This document shows positions 1 through 9,467 of a stretch of DNA of 64,000 bases, piece by piece (within the stretch, counting starts at the first letter, position 1; every line of letters begins with the position of its first letter). Origin of the DNA: a virus (lineage: Duplodnaviria > Heunggongvirae > Uroviricota > Caudoviricetes); the IMG/VR virus record IMGVR_UViG_3300032007_000008, one strand, 5' to 3'. A program made the translations under genes and the position numbers. Under the pieces are notes generated by a model. That model saw only the letters and a program-made list of their open reading frames with translations. It did not search any database and was not told the origin of the DNA.

Positions 1-1179
1 AACATGGCGTTGCAGAGAATCAAGGAAGAGTCGGAAAAGGCGAAATGCGCACTTTCTACCGAAAGCACATATTCAATCAGCCTTCCGTTTATAACTGCTG
101 ACGCTACAGGGCCGAAGCACCTTGAGGCTACAATTACCCGCTCAAAGCTTGAGGAGCTTTGCGATGGCGTAATCGACAGGCTTGTTGCTCCTGCAAATAG
201 CTGCATAAAGGATGCAGAAGCAGGTTCAATCAACGAAGTTCTTCTCGTCGGAGGAATGACGAGAATGCCATGCGTACAGCGCAAAATAAAGGATATTTTT
301 GGCATAGAACCTTCGAAGGGAGTAAACCCAGATGAAGCTGTCGCGATGGGAGCTGCAATACAGGGCGGAATTATAAAGGGTGAGGTCAAGGACACCCTTC
401 TTCTCGACGTTACACCGCTTACACTCTCAATCGAGACAATGGGCGGAATTGCAACTCCAATCATAACGAGAAACACGACTATTCCCACGAAGAAAAGTCA
501 GATTTTCTCAACGGCTGAGGACAACCAGCCTGCTGTAGATATTCACATCACGCAAGGCGAAAGAAAGTTTTCAAACGACAACAAGTCTCTTGGACGGTTT
601 AGGCTTGATGGAATTCCGCCTGCTCCACGCGGAGTGCCTCAGATAGAAGTAAGTTTCGACATCGACGCTAATGGAATACTCAGTGTAGCTGCGAAAGACC
701 TTGGAACCGGCAAGGAGCAGAAAATTACCATTACCGCCTCATCGGGGTTGTCCAAAGAGGACATAGACAAGATGACTGCCGACGCAGAGAAGTATGCAGA
801 CGAAGACAAGAAGAGGTCGGAACTTGTCGGATTGAAAAACAACGCCGATGCGATTGCTCATTCGTCCGAGAAATCGGCAAACGAGCACAAGGAACGGCTT
901 GGAAATGACCTGTATGACCGAGTTATGTCGGCAGTAAAATCGGTTCGTGAAGCTGCGAAGGGAGATTCTTCAGATGCGATAAAGACTTCCATGGACGAAT
1001 TGAACAAGGTCAATGAGGAGGTGGCAAAGGTGATTTATCCAAGTTCAAGCAGAAGCAATCCGGCAAGCGGAATGTCGGAACAAGACCTAAAGAACATGTT
1101 TGGGGGGAGTAATGGTCCGTTCAGTGGGTTCTCAAAGGGTGGATTCGGCGGAAATAACGACAACGTGGTGGATGTCTAA
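1..1179 (+). CDS. dnaK: Hsp70 chaperone DnaK, C-terminal part (gene starts upstream of window)
   Basis: Motifs [54 protein letters not shown]; frame open to the window edge. Confidence 0.95.
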   Translation, partial: NMALQRIKEESEKAKCALSTESTYSISLPFITADATGPKHLEATITRSKLEELCDGVIDRLVAPANSCIKDAEAGSINEVLLVGGMTRMPCVQRKIKDIFGIEPSKGVNPDEAVAMGAAIQGGIIKGEVKDTLLLDVTPLTLSIETMGGIATPIITRNTTIPTKKSQIFSTAEDNQPAVDIHITQGERKFSNDNKSLGRFRLDGIPPAPRGVPQIEVSFDIDANGILSVAAKDLGTGKEQKITITASSGLSKEDIDKMTADAEKYADEDKKRSELVGLKNNADAIAHSSEKSANEHKERLGNDLYDRVMSAVKSVREAAKGDSSDAIKTSMDELNKVNEEVAKVIYPSSSRSNPASGMSEQDLKNMFGGSNGPFSGFSKGGFGGNNDNVVDV

Positions 1180-1577
1180 TGAAGTATTCCGTAAAAAGCA
1201 TCCATAGAAGTAGGACAAAGCTCAAGTTTGACGCGAAACATCGCAAACTCGACCATTCTATAACCACAGAGTACAGCAATCTTGACGAGAGTGAAGTTCT
1301 ACAGGTAATCAGTGAATTTTTGGATGTCAATCCAGATGAACCTGAGCCTAAGCTAAATGCGCCATTTGAGGTACCTGAGGAAATCAGCAGAAAGATACTT
1401 CGCTCGTATAATATGAGGATGTCCAAGTATCACGAGATAGCCGACGACTTCAAGGTTTTCACCGAGTCTTCTGATTTTGAGCACATCTTCGAACTTGAGT
1501 CTCTGTTCGAAAAGGATGAACATCCAGAGGATTCGGAGACTGTCGGTGATTCGATTTCCATAATGAAGCTGCAATAG
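1179..1577 (+). CDS. hypothetical protein
   Basis: 132 aa ORF coupled to dnaK by TAATG overlap. Confidence 0.7.
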   Translation: MKYSVKSIHRSRTKLKFDAKHRKLDHSITTEYSNLDESEVLQVISEFLDVNPDEPEPKLNAPFEVPEEISRKILRSYNMRMSKYHEIADDFKVFTESSDFEHIFELESLFEKDEHPEDSETVGDSISIMKLQ

Positions 1578-1585
1578 GCCGACAA

Positions 1586-2386
1586 ATGAACGCGCCAATA
1601 CGATATTTCGGAGGAAAGGGTACAATGTTCAACTCAATTTTGGAGAACTTTCCTAAAGAGAAGGATTATCGAATCTATGTGGAGCCGTTCGGCGGGACAT
1701 ACACCGTCGGCCTTCACATGGATTACCTTCCTCCGATTGAGATTTACAACGACCTTGAAAAGAATGTGTATTCTCTGTACAAGGTTCTTAAGAATCGTGA
1801 GATGTACGATGAGTTTCTCAAAAGGGTAAGCTTAACCCCATTTTCCGAGGATGAAAGGAGGGAAGCGAAAGAGAAGCTTGAGGATGATTCAATTTCGATT
1901 ATTGACAGGGCCGTATATTTCTTCGTAATGAACAGGATGAGCCACAACGGTATAGGTGGCATAAGCCTGAACATGGTAGTTAGGCGTGGAATGTCGAAAA
2001 GCGTATCCGATTATCTATCAGCCATAGACAGGATGCCAGAACTTCACGAACGACTGTCTCGCGTTCTAATATTGAATAGAGATGCAATTGGGCTGATGGA
2101 CAAGTTTTCTCAGGAAAATTGTTTTCTCTATTGCGACCCTCCATATGTATGGGACACTCGCGGCGCAACTAGGTACAAGATGGACAACAACAACGAATGG
2201 CATGAAAGCTTCGTTGATTGCTGCATACGTAGCAATGCCAAGATTCTCATTTCAGGATACGAACATCCGATATACGACAGACTTGAGCAGAACGGCTTTA
2301 CAAAGGTTACGTTCAATGTGAACACGATAACTGGAACAGGTAAACCAAAGACGAAGACAGAAGCCCTTTGGAAAAACTACCCATGA
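1586..2386 (+). CDS. Dam/D12-family DNA adenine methyltransferase
   Basis: N-terminal YFGGK, YVEPFGG, YNDL, catalytic DPPY, ISGY motifs. Confidence 0.9.
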   Translation: MNAPIRYFGGKGTMFNSILENFPKEKDYRIYVEPFGGTYTVGLHMDYLPPIEIYNDLEKNVYSLYKVLKNREMYDEFLKRVSLTPFSEDERREAKEKLEDDSISIIDRAVYFFVMNRMSHNGIGGISLNMVVRRGMSKSVSDYLSAIDRMPELHERLSRVLILNRDAIGLMDKFSQENCFLYCDPPYVWDTRGATRYKMDNNNEWHESFVDCCIRSNAKILISGYEHPIYDRLEQNGFTKVTFNVNTITGTGKPKTKTEALWKNYP

Positions 2387-3531
2387 ACGTTCTGTTCGTT
2401 CAGTTTGCAAATTCCATGTTCCCCCGTTTTGAGGTATCTGACGGATATTGGGACGATTTCTATTCCACATATTCCGATTTTGGATATAATAGGATGGTTG
2501 ACGCATTTGAAATACCAAAATGGATTGCTGAGGTGTGCTATTTCCTTCCAAAGGACTGTAAAAGAAAAATATGTTGGGTTCACCATTCTACTGACGAGGC
2601 TGTGAACGAAATCAGAAATGGAAATTACGACTTTGTTTTGTTTTCCGTTATGACCTGCACAAAATCGTTCACGAATGATATCATAAGCAGATGTCCGTCA
2701 CAACTTTTTCTTATTGGTGGATATGATTCTTGGATTAAAGAAGCTGAGATAAACTACATAAATGTAATGTGTGCAGATGACATGTGCTCAACTGCACGGA
2801 AGATGGGATTGGAGTATCGATTTGGGACTGATTATTCTCTTTTTGATGGATGGACGGTTCTCCCAAGACTTACTCTTTCATATGGGTGCATGAACAACTG
2901 CAAGTTTTGCATAATACCACATGTAATGTCATCTGTGCCTGAGGATGTTATAATGCAGCAAGTCGAGTCGTTCAAGCCACTAAAGTTCAAGCTGATATAC
3001 ATAGATGATAAGACTTTTGGACAGGCCGACAATTACATGATACTCAAAAGACTTAAGCAGGAAATACTGAAATATAATACGGAGTTCAGGGGATTCGTAG
3101 TACAGACGACAACAGGCATGCTTGCATCAAAATCTAAAATTTTTAAGGATATTGGGGTTGTGGTTGCCGAAATAGGAGTGGAGACGTTCAATAATGAGAT
3201 ACTTGCAGCATACAGAAAGCCGTCTTCCGAAAAGATGGTTATAAAATCAATTTCTGCCGCAGTTGAAAACGGAATAAAGGTCATACCAAACATAATAGTT
3301 GGATTTCCAGAAGAAACAGACGATACTTACGCTAGGACTGAACGATTTTTGACTGAGAATGCCGACTCTCTTTTTGGAGTGAATTTTGCCATGTATACGG
3401 ATTATTCATCTCCAGATTGCGTTGGAGAGGTCGATTTCGCAGCAAGCGACAAAATAGAGCTTCACAGAAAATATTGGAAAAGACTAAATAGTCTAGCTTC
3501 TCAAAAAATCTTGAAAAAGACTATTGCATAA
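2383..3531 (+). CDS. radical SAM protein (B12-binding/MiaB-like architecture)
   Basis: CxxxCxxC (CMNNCKFC), IDDKTF, IGVET, IIVGFPEET; ATGA overlap with the methyltransferase stop. Confidence 0.85.
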   Translation: MNVLFVQFANSMFPRFEVSDGYWDDFYSTYSDFGYNRMVDAFEIPKWIAEVCYFLPKDCKRKICWVHHSTDEAVNEIRNGNYDFVLFSVMTCTKSFTNDIISRCPSQLFLIGGYDSWIKEAEINYINVMCADDMCSTARKMGLEYRFGTDYSLFDGWTVLPRLTLSYGCMNNCKFCIIPHVMSSVPEDVIMQQVESFKPLKFKLIYIDDKTFGQADNYMILKRLKQEILKYNTEFRGFVVQTTTGMLASKSKIFKDIGVVVAEIGVETFNNEILAAYRKPSSEKMVIKSISAAVENGIKVIPNIIVGFPEETDDTYARTERFLTENADSLFGVNFAMYTDYSSPDCVGEVDFAASDKIELHRKYWKRLNSLASQKILKKTIA

Positions 3532-3561
3532 ATTCGACGTTTATGCTATAATGGGCGGCGT
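3524..3561 (+). promoter_or_regulatory. sigma70-type promoter for the tRNA/ncRNA cluster
   Basis: TTGCAT-17bp-TATAAT followed by the same GGCGGCG leader seen in the array promoters. Confidence 0.7.
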
Positions 3562-3832
3562 TGGATGAAAAAGTTTCTCCGACATGTTCTTTGACATTTT
3601 ATGGCTGATTTAGTTAGATGGTTACAGCAAAATACTATACTCAAACCATGAGACTAGTTATTCGACGTTCGGCTAGGGGTGTGAGTCCCCTTGCTTTGGA
3701 GAACGGCGGTGATACTTGTAGGCTGCTGCACAATGCAACCTTCCGGTTTCGATTGCCTCAATCTTCCGTAAAAAGCCGCCATCTTGCCGGGCTGCCCCGG
3801 ACTAAGGCGTAGGGCAACGCCACTTCATTTTT

Positions 3833-3900
3833 AGACGCTTGCAGCAATTCCTTTTTCTAACTGAACTGCTAATTCACAACTAGAGAAAAAGGCGTCTTGA
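3833..3900 (+). ncRNA. candidate small structured RNA with anticodon-like hairpin
   Basis: AGACGC...GCGTCT outer stem, TTTTTCT/AGAAAAA inner stem, TGAA-CTGCTAA-TTCA 7-nt loop; lies in the tRNA transcript. Confidence 0.4.
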
Positions 3901-3925
3901 AACTATAGTAAAAATCAGCCGAGAA

Positions 3926-4003
3926 GCCTCAGTAGGCAAACTGGCTACAGCCGTCGCCCTTTCACGGCGAAGTTTGCGGGTTCGAGCCCCGCCTGAGGTG
4001 CCA
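3926..4003 (+). tRNA. tRNA-Glu (TTC)
   Basis: Acceptor stem GCCTCAG/CTGAGGT, anticodon arm TCGCC-CTTTCAC-GGCGA, TTCGA T-loop, encoded CCA. Confidence 0.92.
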
Positions 4004-4007
4004 AATA

Positions 4008-4084
4008 CGGAATGTCGCACAGCCTGGTAGTGCATCTGCTTTGGGAGCAGACCGTCGGGGGTTCAAATCCCTCCATTCCGACCA
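4008..4084 (+). tRNA. tRNA-Pro (TGG)
   Basis: CGGAATG/CATTCCG stem, TCTGC-TTTGGGA-GCAGA, GTTCAAATC, CCA. Confidence 0.93.
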
Positions 4085-4094
4085 AAGACCATAT

Positions 4095-4178
4095 ACATGT
4101 GTGAGCCGAATGGTAAGGCAGCGGACTGTTAATCCGTGGCGAAAGCAACTGCTGGTTCGAGTCCAGCCACATGTGCCA
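4095..4178 (+). tRNA. tRNA-Asn (GTT) with long variable arm
   Basis: ACATGTG/CACATGT stem, GCGGA-CTGTTAA-TCCGT, GTTCGAGTC, CCA. Confidence 0.88.
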
Positions 4179-4246
4179 CCTTGGAACTTTTATAGTTCCC
4201 AGAATAGCAAAAATGTGCTATAATGGTCGCAGATAAAGGAGACAAT

Positions 4247-5548
4247 ATGAATTGCGATTCATGCAATAACTTCTGCACAGACCTTTGCACAGGATGCAAA
4301 CAAATCGTGAATGGTAATATAACATTTACGAATTATTCCGACGATTCGACTCCTATAGAGAAGACAACCGTCTGTGACAGCAAACCGGCCGAAAAAACGG
4401 TTCAGTCCAACGAACCTGATATGGAAAAGCAGACTGTTTCCGGTGTCGTAAAACAACCGAAGCAGAAGAAGCAGAAGTCGTCAGCGGCAATACCGAAGAC
4501 TATTTCAAAAAGCGAGCCTATAAGCTCTGACGAATTTGGCCTTGATGACGACAATGATTTCCAAATTCCGTCAATAGAGCAGCAACCGAAGGCGCCTGTG
4601 AGTTTTGCAGAGGCTTGGAAGCCTGTAGATAACAAAAGCGGTGTCTCGAAAGAGAACAGCTCCTCCAATTCAATTGATGGTGCAGAAACGGCAGAACAGC
4701 CGGAAGAGCCTAAGAAACTTGAGTATGTGTTTTCCAATGGAACAATTTTCAATGAAAGCTGCACCGATACCATGGAAAAACACATCGACAAGAATACGAT
4801 TGACATCGTTCTTACGTCGCCGCCATACTGCACGTCGAATCGGGCAGGGAAAAAGTCAACGGCAACGTTGAAGACGGAAACCCACTCCAATCCAAAATAT
4901 TACCCGTCCCTCAGGTATGACATGTACAATGACAACCTCAGTGTCGAAGAGTATATAGAGTGGTCTATAAAGCTGTTCAAGCTTTTTGACAGGATTCTCA
5001 AGAAGGATGGTTGCATTCTTTACAATATTTCATATTCATCGACAAGACGCGACATGCTTTTCCTTACGGTTGCGGCTATTCTCGAACACACCAATTTTTC
5101 GCTCGCGGATATGATTGGATGGAAGAAAAAATCCGCTTTGCCGAACAATACGTCTCCGAATAAGCTTACTCGAATATTCGAACCGGTATTTGTGTTTGCG
5201 CGAAAGAACGAGATTGAAACTTTCGTATGCAATAAGAAAGTGGTCTCTGTGAGAGAAAAGACCGGACAGAAGATGTATGAGAACGTGTTTAATTTCATAG
5301 ACGCTGCGAACAATGACGGCGCATGCAAGTTGAACAAAGCGACGTATTCGTCTGAACTTTGCGAGAAACTCCTCGCAATCTACGGGAAGTCTGGCATGAA
5401 CATATACGACCCGTTTATGGGAACTGGTACGACAGCTGTAGCATGCAAGCGTTTGGGGATGACGTGCTATGGAAGCGAAATATCAAAAGACCAGTGTGCA
5501 TACGCAATAAATAGGATAGAAAATGATTCTGGCGAAACTTGCCTGTAG
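4247..5548 (+). CDS. beta-class N4-cytosine/N6-adenine DNA methyltransferase with Cys-rich and disordered N-terminal extension
   Basis: TSPPY catalytic motif before DPFMGTGTT SAM motif; start set at ATG after AAAGGAGA. Confidence 0.88.
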   Translation: MNCDSCNNFCTDLCTGCKQIVNGNITFTNYSDDSTPIEKTTVCDSKPAEKTVQSNEPDMEKQTVSGVVKQPKQKKQKSSAAIPKTISKSEPISSDEFGLDDDNDFQIPSIEQQPKAPVSFAEAWKPVDNKSGVSKENSSSNSIDGAETAEQPEEPKKLEYVFSNGTIFNESCTDTMEKHIDKNTIDIVLTSPPYCTSNRAGKKSTATLKTETHSNPKYYPSLRYDMYNDNLSVEEYIEWSIKLFKLFDRILKKDGCILYNISYSSTRRDMLFLTVAAILEHTNFSLADMIGWKKKSALPNNTSPNKLTRIFEPVFVFARKNEIETFVCNKKVVSVREKTGQKMYENVFNFIDAANNDGACKLNKATYSSELCEKLLAIYGKSGMNIYDPFMGTGTTAVACKRLGMTCYGSEISKDQCAYAINRIENDSGETCL

Positions 5549-5561
5549 CTAGGAATGCGAA

Positions 5562-5870
5562 ATGGACGATAAAGATAGAGAGAACCTGAAGAAAATGAAT
5601 GACGTGTTCTTCACGTCTGCGACACAGATGGGGAGAACAATTAGCGGAAACCTGACCCACATGAAGCTGCTTGGGCTTCTTTTCATAGGTCTTAAGTTGT
5701 CAGGCATAATCAACTGGAGCTGGATTTTGGTGCTTCTTCCATATGCACTATCGTTTATTGGAAGCATCGTTTCAATATACTCCATGGTTGCCGTTTTCGC
5801 GATGATGAGCCGTTTCAGCAAACTTGTATCGTCAAAGATTTCGGATAAAAGAGTACCGATAAACGAATAG
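5562..5870 (+). CDS. small membrane protein (LKLxGxIxWSW family)
   Basis: Hydrophobic segments; paralogous to 53176..53343. Confidence 0.7.
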   Translation: MDDKDRENLKKMNDVFFTSATQMGRTISGNLTHMKLLGLLFIGLKLSGIINWSWILVLLPYALSFIGSIVSIYSMVAVFAMMSRFSKLVSSKISDKRVPINE

Positions 5871-5935
5871 ATAAAATAAACCGTTGCGGTATTTTCATCT
5901 TTGTGGTATAATGTCTGCCACAAAGGAGAAATACT

Positions 5936-6589
5936 ATGTCTAAGATTTATTTTACAGCAGATTACCATTTCGGCCATCCGAACATTCTAAAGTACTGCAA
6001 CAGACCATTCAAGAGTGCTGACAGGATGGCCGAAGTCCTCATAAAGTTCGCAAACCAGAGGGCAAAGGGATATTTCGAAGAGCGAATCGTCGATGCCGTC
6101 ACAGCCGATGGAGAGCCTGTCAAAATCAAGACGAAGGTCAAGGTTGATTCTGATGTTCTCATCCATGTTGGCGATTTTGCATGCTATGGCGGAGAACGGG
6201 GCGTTGACGGCTCGAAGAAGAATCCGAGGGAATACCTTGCTAAGTTTGACGCGAGAGTAATCTGTCTTGAGGGAAACCATGACCGAAACAACAAGGTAAA
6301 GAACCCTGCAAGGTCAATGGTCATGGACGTATGCTCGTTTCGGGATGTGACAGTAGGCCATTATCCCACAAACTATCGAGAAGCGCGAGGAACGTTCCAT
6401 TCCCATCGAGGACGTTCTCTCGGTCTGCATATATGCGGCCACGTCCACAAGTCGTGGAAGCATTTTTACGACAAGGAACACAACATTCTCAATATCAATG
6501 TCGGTTGCGACGTTTGGAACTACCAGGTCGTTTCAGAACAGGAGATAATCGAGTATGTTGGAAAGGTGCGCAAGGAGCTTTCAATTTGA
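5936..6589 (+). CDS. calcineurin-like metallophosphoesterase
   Basis: DYH, HVGDF, GNHD, GHVH, NVGCD motifs; own promoter TTGCGG-17-TATAAT and AAGGAGA RBS. Confidence 0.9.
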   Translation: MSKIYFTADYHFGHPNILKYCNRPFKSADRMAEVLIKFANQRAKGYFEERIVDAVTADGEPVKIKTKVKVDSDVLIHVGDFACYGGERGVDGSKKNPREYLAKFDARVICLEGNHDRNNKVKNPARSMVMDVCSFRDVTVGHYPTNYREARGTFHSHRGRSLGLHICGHVHKSWKHFYDKEHNILNINVGCDVWNYQVVSEQEIIEYVGKVRKELSI

Positions 6590-6604
6590 GAAGCCCTTGC
6601 TGCA

Positions 6605-6611
6605 CTAAATA
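6605..6611 (+). promoter_or_regulatory. putative late promoter CTAAATA
   Basis: Similar to T4 late TATAAATA; same motif precedes related genes at 7752, 9437, 19441(-), 25923, 26927, 62776. Confidence 0.6.
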
Positions 6612-6632
6612 ATGAAAAACGAGATTTTTTCG

Positions 6633-7406
6633 ATGATTAATACAATAAACATATTCGATAGAAACAGGATAAAGAAAGCTTACGGAAATCTGTATAAGGG
6701 ACTTAGAACCGTAAACGAATCTGTTGACCTAGAAAAGGAATATGTAGATGCAGGAGGAGACGCTGACGATTTCGACATACCACAGCGTCCGCCAGATAAT
6801 AGCGAGATATTCGAGGAATGGTGTGATTTTCTGAGAGACGAAGGATACGAATCCAAAGATGGAAGCGTAAGTGCAATATTCGACAGCATGTCAATAATGA
6901 TGCGCTACAACGAAAAGACAAACCAGTTCGACTATTCTCTATCTCTTCTGTCTAGCGACGGAACTCCTTTTAGAACAATAGAGGGTTCCATTGACTATGA
7001 CAAGAATTCAGACCTAAGCACGAATCTAAACACTGCGATTGACGAGATATCCGACAAGGGGGAAGCTGCGAAGAAAGGCGAGATTTCTGAGGGATTTACC
7101 GACGACAACGACATAGCAGATTACATGTTTCCAGGATTTTCACAAATCACAGGAAGAAATCCGAACATGGATGACTATTCGTTCTATTTTTGGAACGAAC
7201 TTAGGATTGGAATGAGAAACAACGGAATTACGGAAAGAGAGAAACAAGACGAGATTATACGGCAGAACGCCGATGTGCTTAAGAAGATTTCCGATATGGC
7301 ATCCGAGCTTGAGACTGAGTTCAAGATGAAGCTTTCCTCGCTTGAAGAGGAGTTTGAAGAGAAGCGTCTGCATCTGGTGTCGGAAGCAGAACATCTTCTC
7401 AGATAG
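6633..7406 (+). CDS. putative late/internal head protein (IxxAY leader family)
   Basis: N-terminus MINTINIFDRNRIKKAY...VNES nearly matches the 9468 protein; acidic. Confidence 0.7.
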   Translation: MINTINIFDRNRIKKAYGNLYKGLRTVNESVDLEKEYVDAGGDADDFDIPQRPPDNSEIFEEWCDFLRDEGYESKDGSVSAIFDSMSIMMRYNEKTNQFDYSLSLLSSDGTPFRTIEGSIDYDKNSDLSTNLNTAIDEISDKGEAAKKGEISEGFTDDNDIADYMFPGFSQITGRNPNMDDYSFYFWNELRIGMRNNGITEREKQDEIIRQNADVLKKISDMASELETEFKMKLSSLEEEFEEKRLHLVSEAEHLLR

Positions 7407-7441
7407 TTTTCACAACCATAGGATAAAAACAACAGTACATT

Positions 7442-7467
7442 GAAGACCCCCTTCGGGGGGTCTTTCT
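7442..7467 (+). terminator. intrinsic terminator
   Basis: GAAGACCCCC-TTCG-GGGGGTCTTTC hairpin. Confidence 0.7.
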
Positions 7468-7488
7468 CTATTATGGAGGAAAAAAAAG

Positions 7489-7749
7489 ATGAACGAAGCA
7501 ACTAAGATAGAAAAATACTACAACCACGAAAAGCTTCTGACGGCCATCTTCAAGATGGAGCAGATGCATGGGCTTTCGGTTGACGAAAGGGTCGATGAAA
7601 AGATGAGGATATGCGCCAAGCAGCTATGTCAGCATTATAGGCGTCTGGCAATATGCATATTGACAAAGGAGCTTCCTCAAAAGATAGATGGTGTTGAGCA
7701 GATACTGAAGGCTGAGAACATACCAACCATGTTTTCGCAGTATACCTAA
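7489..7749 (+). CDS. hypothetical protein
   Basis: 86 aa ORF with GGAGG RBS. Confidence 0.7.
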   Translation: MNEATKIEKYYNHEKLLTAIFKMEQMHGLSVDERVDEKMRICAKQLCQHYRRLAICILTKELPQKIDGVEQILKAENIPTMFSQYT

Positions 7750-7783
7750 CCCTAAATAGTGTATATTTACATCATATCAACCG

Positions 7784-9049
7784 ATGCAGTATTCACGAGA
7801 GCAAAACACCCGCATGATTGCGGAAGCATATACGAAAATGTATGAAGCCGAAGTGCCGTCAAAGCACTACGGCTTTTATGTCCTTTCTCCAGACAAGAAG
7901 CTTATTGAGGAAAATCCAAGCCTATTCTACAGTACGAAGCGTGGACAGGATGTTGATATTTCCCAAGAATACTATGAGCCAGAACTTCTTGGAGGAAGGG
8001 ATTATGACGACGAGGGAAACCCATCTGAGAGGAAATACTTCTATGAATGGGATGGTAATGTTGATTATGGCAATCTCGATTCCTCTGTGCCAGAAGAAGC
8101 CATGTTCTACATAAACGGCGGCAGCATACTGGTAGTTTATGAATACGAAAACGGAGTTCAGAAAAACCCACGGTTTTTCAAAGCTCTACAGCGTGGGTGG
8201 AGAGAACTTTCGGACGACGGAACAAATACCCTCATGGTGAAGCTTTCGTGGTTCAAGAATGGCAAATCGATGTCGTGGGACGAGATATCATCGTTTATAG
8301 ACGATTCTCAGAAAGTCGCAAAGCAGTATGAGCAGCTAAAGAAAGAGAATCTTGTCACCGACGGAACAAGACCAAATGGCTCCGTGGCTATTCGAGTAGG
8401 CGGAAAAGACGAAATATGGAAGTCTCCGATAGCTGCGATAAAATACTATAAGTTTGCGGCATCGGAAACCGACGGTTCGGAATCGCAACGCTACAGCAAA
8501 ATAGCATATAGACTTCAAAACGGAGAAACGGAAGTTTCGGACGACACATCCGTGGTTCAGGAAAGCGATTGGACGAACACCATGCCTGACCAGAATCCGG
8601 ATGGATACGCTTTTGGAGTAATGCCATATTTCATAAAATACGAAGATGGCGGATTCGTCCCCTATCACCTTTCAAGCAGAAAGTTCGTGGAAAATGACAA
8701 GGAGATAATGGTTATAGAGCTTAAGGACTATCTTGTGTCCATAACGAATGCGATAGCTTCGAGAAATCATTCTGTTCCTTTCAACGTTTCCGCAGAAAAG
8801 ACGGATAACGGACTTCTTGTCCTTGACGGTGACGAGGTGAGAATCGCTCAGATGTTCAACCATTGCATTTTGGTTTCGCTTGACGGTAATCCAGACGGAA
8901 ATTCAAAGTTGTCCGATTCTGAATCGAAGTCATATGTTGTTCTTGGGGTGAATTCTCCAGACGACGAAAGCAGCATAATGGAAATACTACAGTCGGTTGT
9001 GGACAGCTGCGATGGCATGGATGGCTTTACGAACGGTTATTCGAAATAG
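7784..9049 (+). CDS. putative late/internal head protein (IxxAY leader family)
   Basis: CTAAATA at 7752; leader RMIAEAYTKMYEA; internal VQES. Confidence 0.75.
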   Translation: MQYSREQNTRMIAEAYTKMYEAEVPSKHYGFYVLSPDKKLIEENPSLFYSTKRGQDVDISQEYYEPELLGGRDYDDEGNPSERKYFYEWDGNVDYGNLDSSVPEEAMFYINGGSILVVYEYENGVQKNPRFFKALQRGWRELSDDGTNTLMVKLSWFKNGKSMSWDEISSFIDDSQKVAKQYEQLKKENLVTDGTRPNGSVAIRVGGKDEIWKSPIAAIKYYKFAASETDGSESQRYSKIAYRLQNGETEVSDDTSVVQESDWTNTMPDQNPDGYAFGVMPYFIKYEDGGFVPYHLSSRKFVENDKEIMVIELKDYLVSITNAIASRNHSVPFNVSAEKTDNGLLVLDGDEVRIAQMFNHCILVSLDGNPDGNSKLSDSESKSYVVLGVNSPDDESSIMEILQSVVDSCDGMDGFTNGYSK

Positions 9050-9070
9050 CATTGGTATTTTAGAATAATG

Positions 9071-9099
9071 AAAGGGGGCTATTTTAGCCCCCTTTTTTC
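9071..9099 (+). terminator. intrinsic terminator
   Basis: GGGGGCTA...TAGCCCCC stem followed by T run. Confidence 0.75.
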
Positions 9100-9136
9100 T
9101 ATTCCCAAAATATCGCAAATATGATATTATATTTCC

Positions 9137-9433
9137 ATGGAAAAGAAAAATGAAAACAGAATGGCAAAAGCTGTCGAAAAGATAGAATCTGCCAATTTCA
9201 AGTTGGGAAAGGCAGCAAGGCTGGTGGGGCAGGCGCTTGAACTGTTTCAAAACGGATGTTCCGAGATGGAATGGGACGACATGATTACCATCGACATCGA
9301 AAGCGCATTGGCCAAACTTGGATACATCAACGGACAGTGCATGGAGTATCTCCATGAATGCAAGCTGGAGCTTGAGGGAAAGCTTGATTCCGACGGAAGA
9401 TGTGACCCAAAATATTCCATAGATGCGTTATAA
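9137..9433 (+). CDS. hypothetical protein
   Basis: 98 aa helical ORF. Confidence 0.65.
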   Translation: MEKKNENRMAKAVEKIESANFKLGKAARLVGQALELFQNGCSEMEWDDMITIDIESALAKLGYINGQCMEYLHECKLELEGKLDSDGRCDPKYSIDAL

Positions 9434-9467
9434 ACACTAAATAGTTCAAAATGCACGAGTGTTAACT

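Noticed and set aside
1-1179. Bacterial chromosome context implied by dnaK
   Set aside because: No dnaJ downstream; neighbours, gene density, promoter arrays and tRNA cluster are phage-like
3670-3790. Additional tRNA upstream of tRNA-Glu
   Set aside because: Partial stems and a TTCGA-like loop exist, but I could not build a cloverleaf with a CCA end
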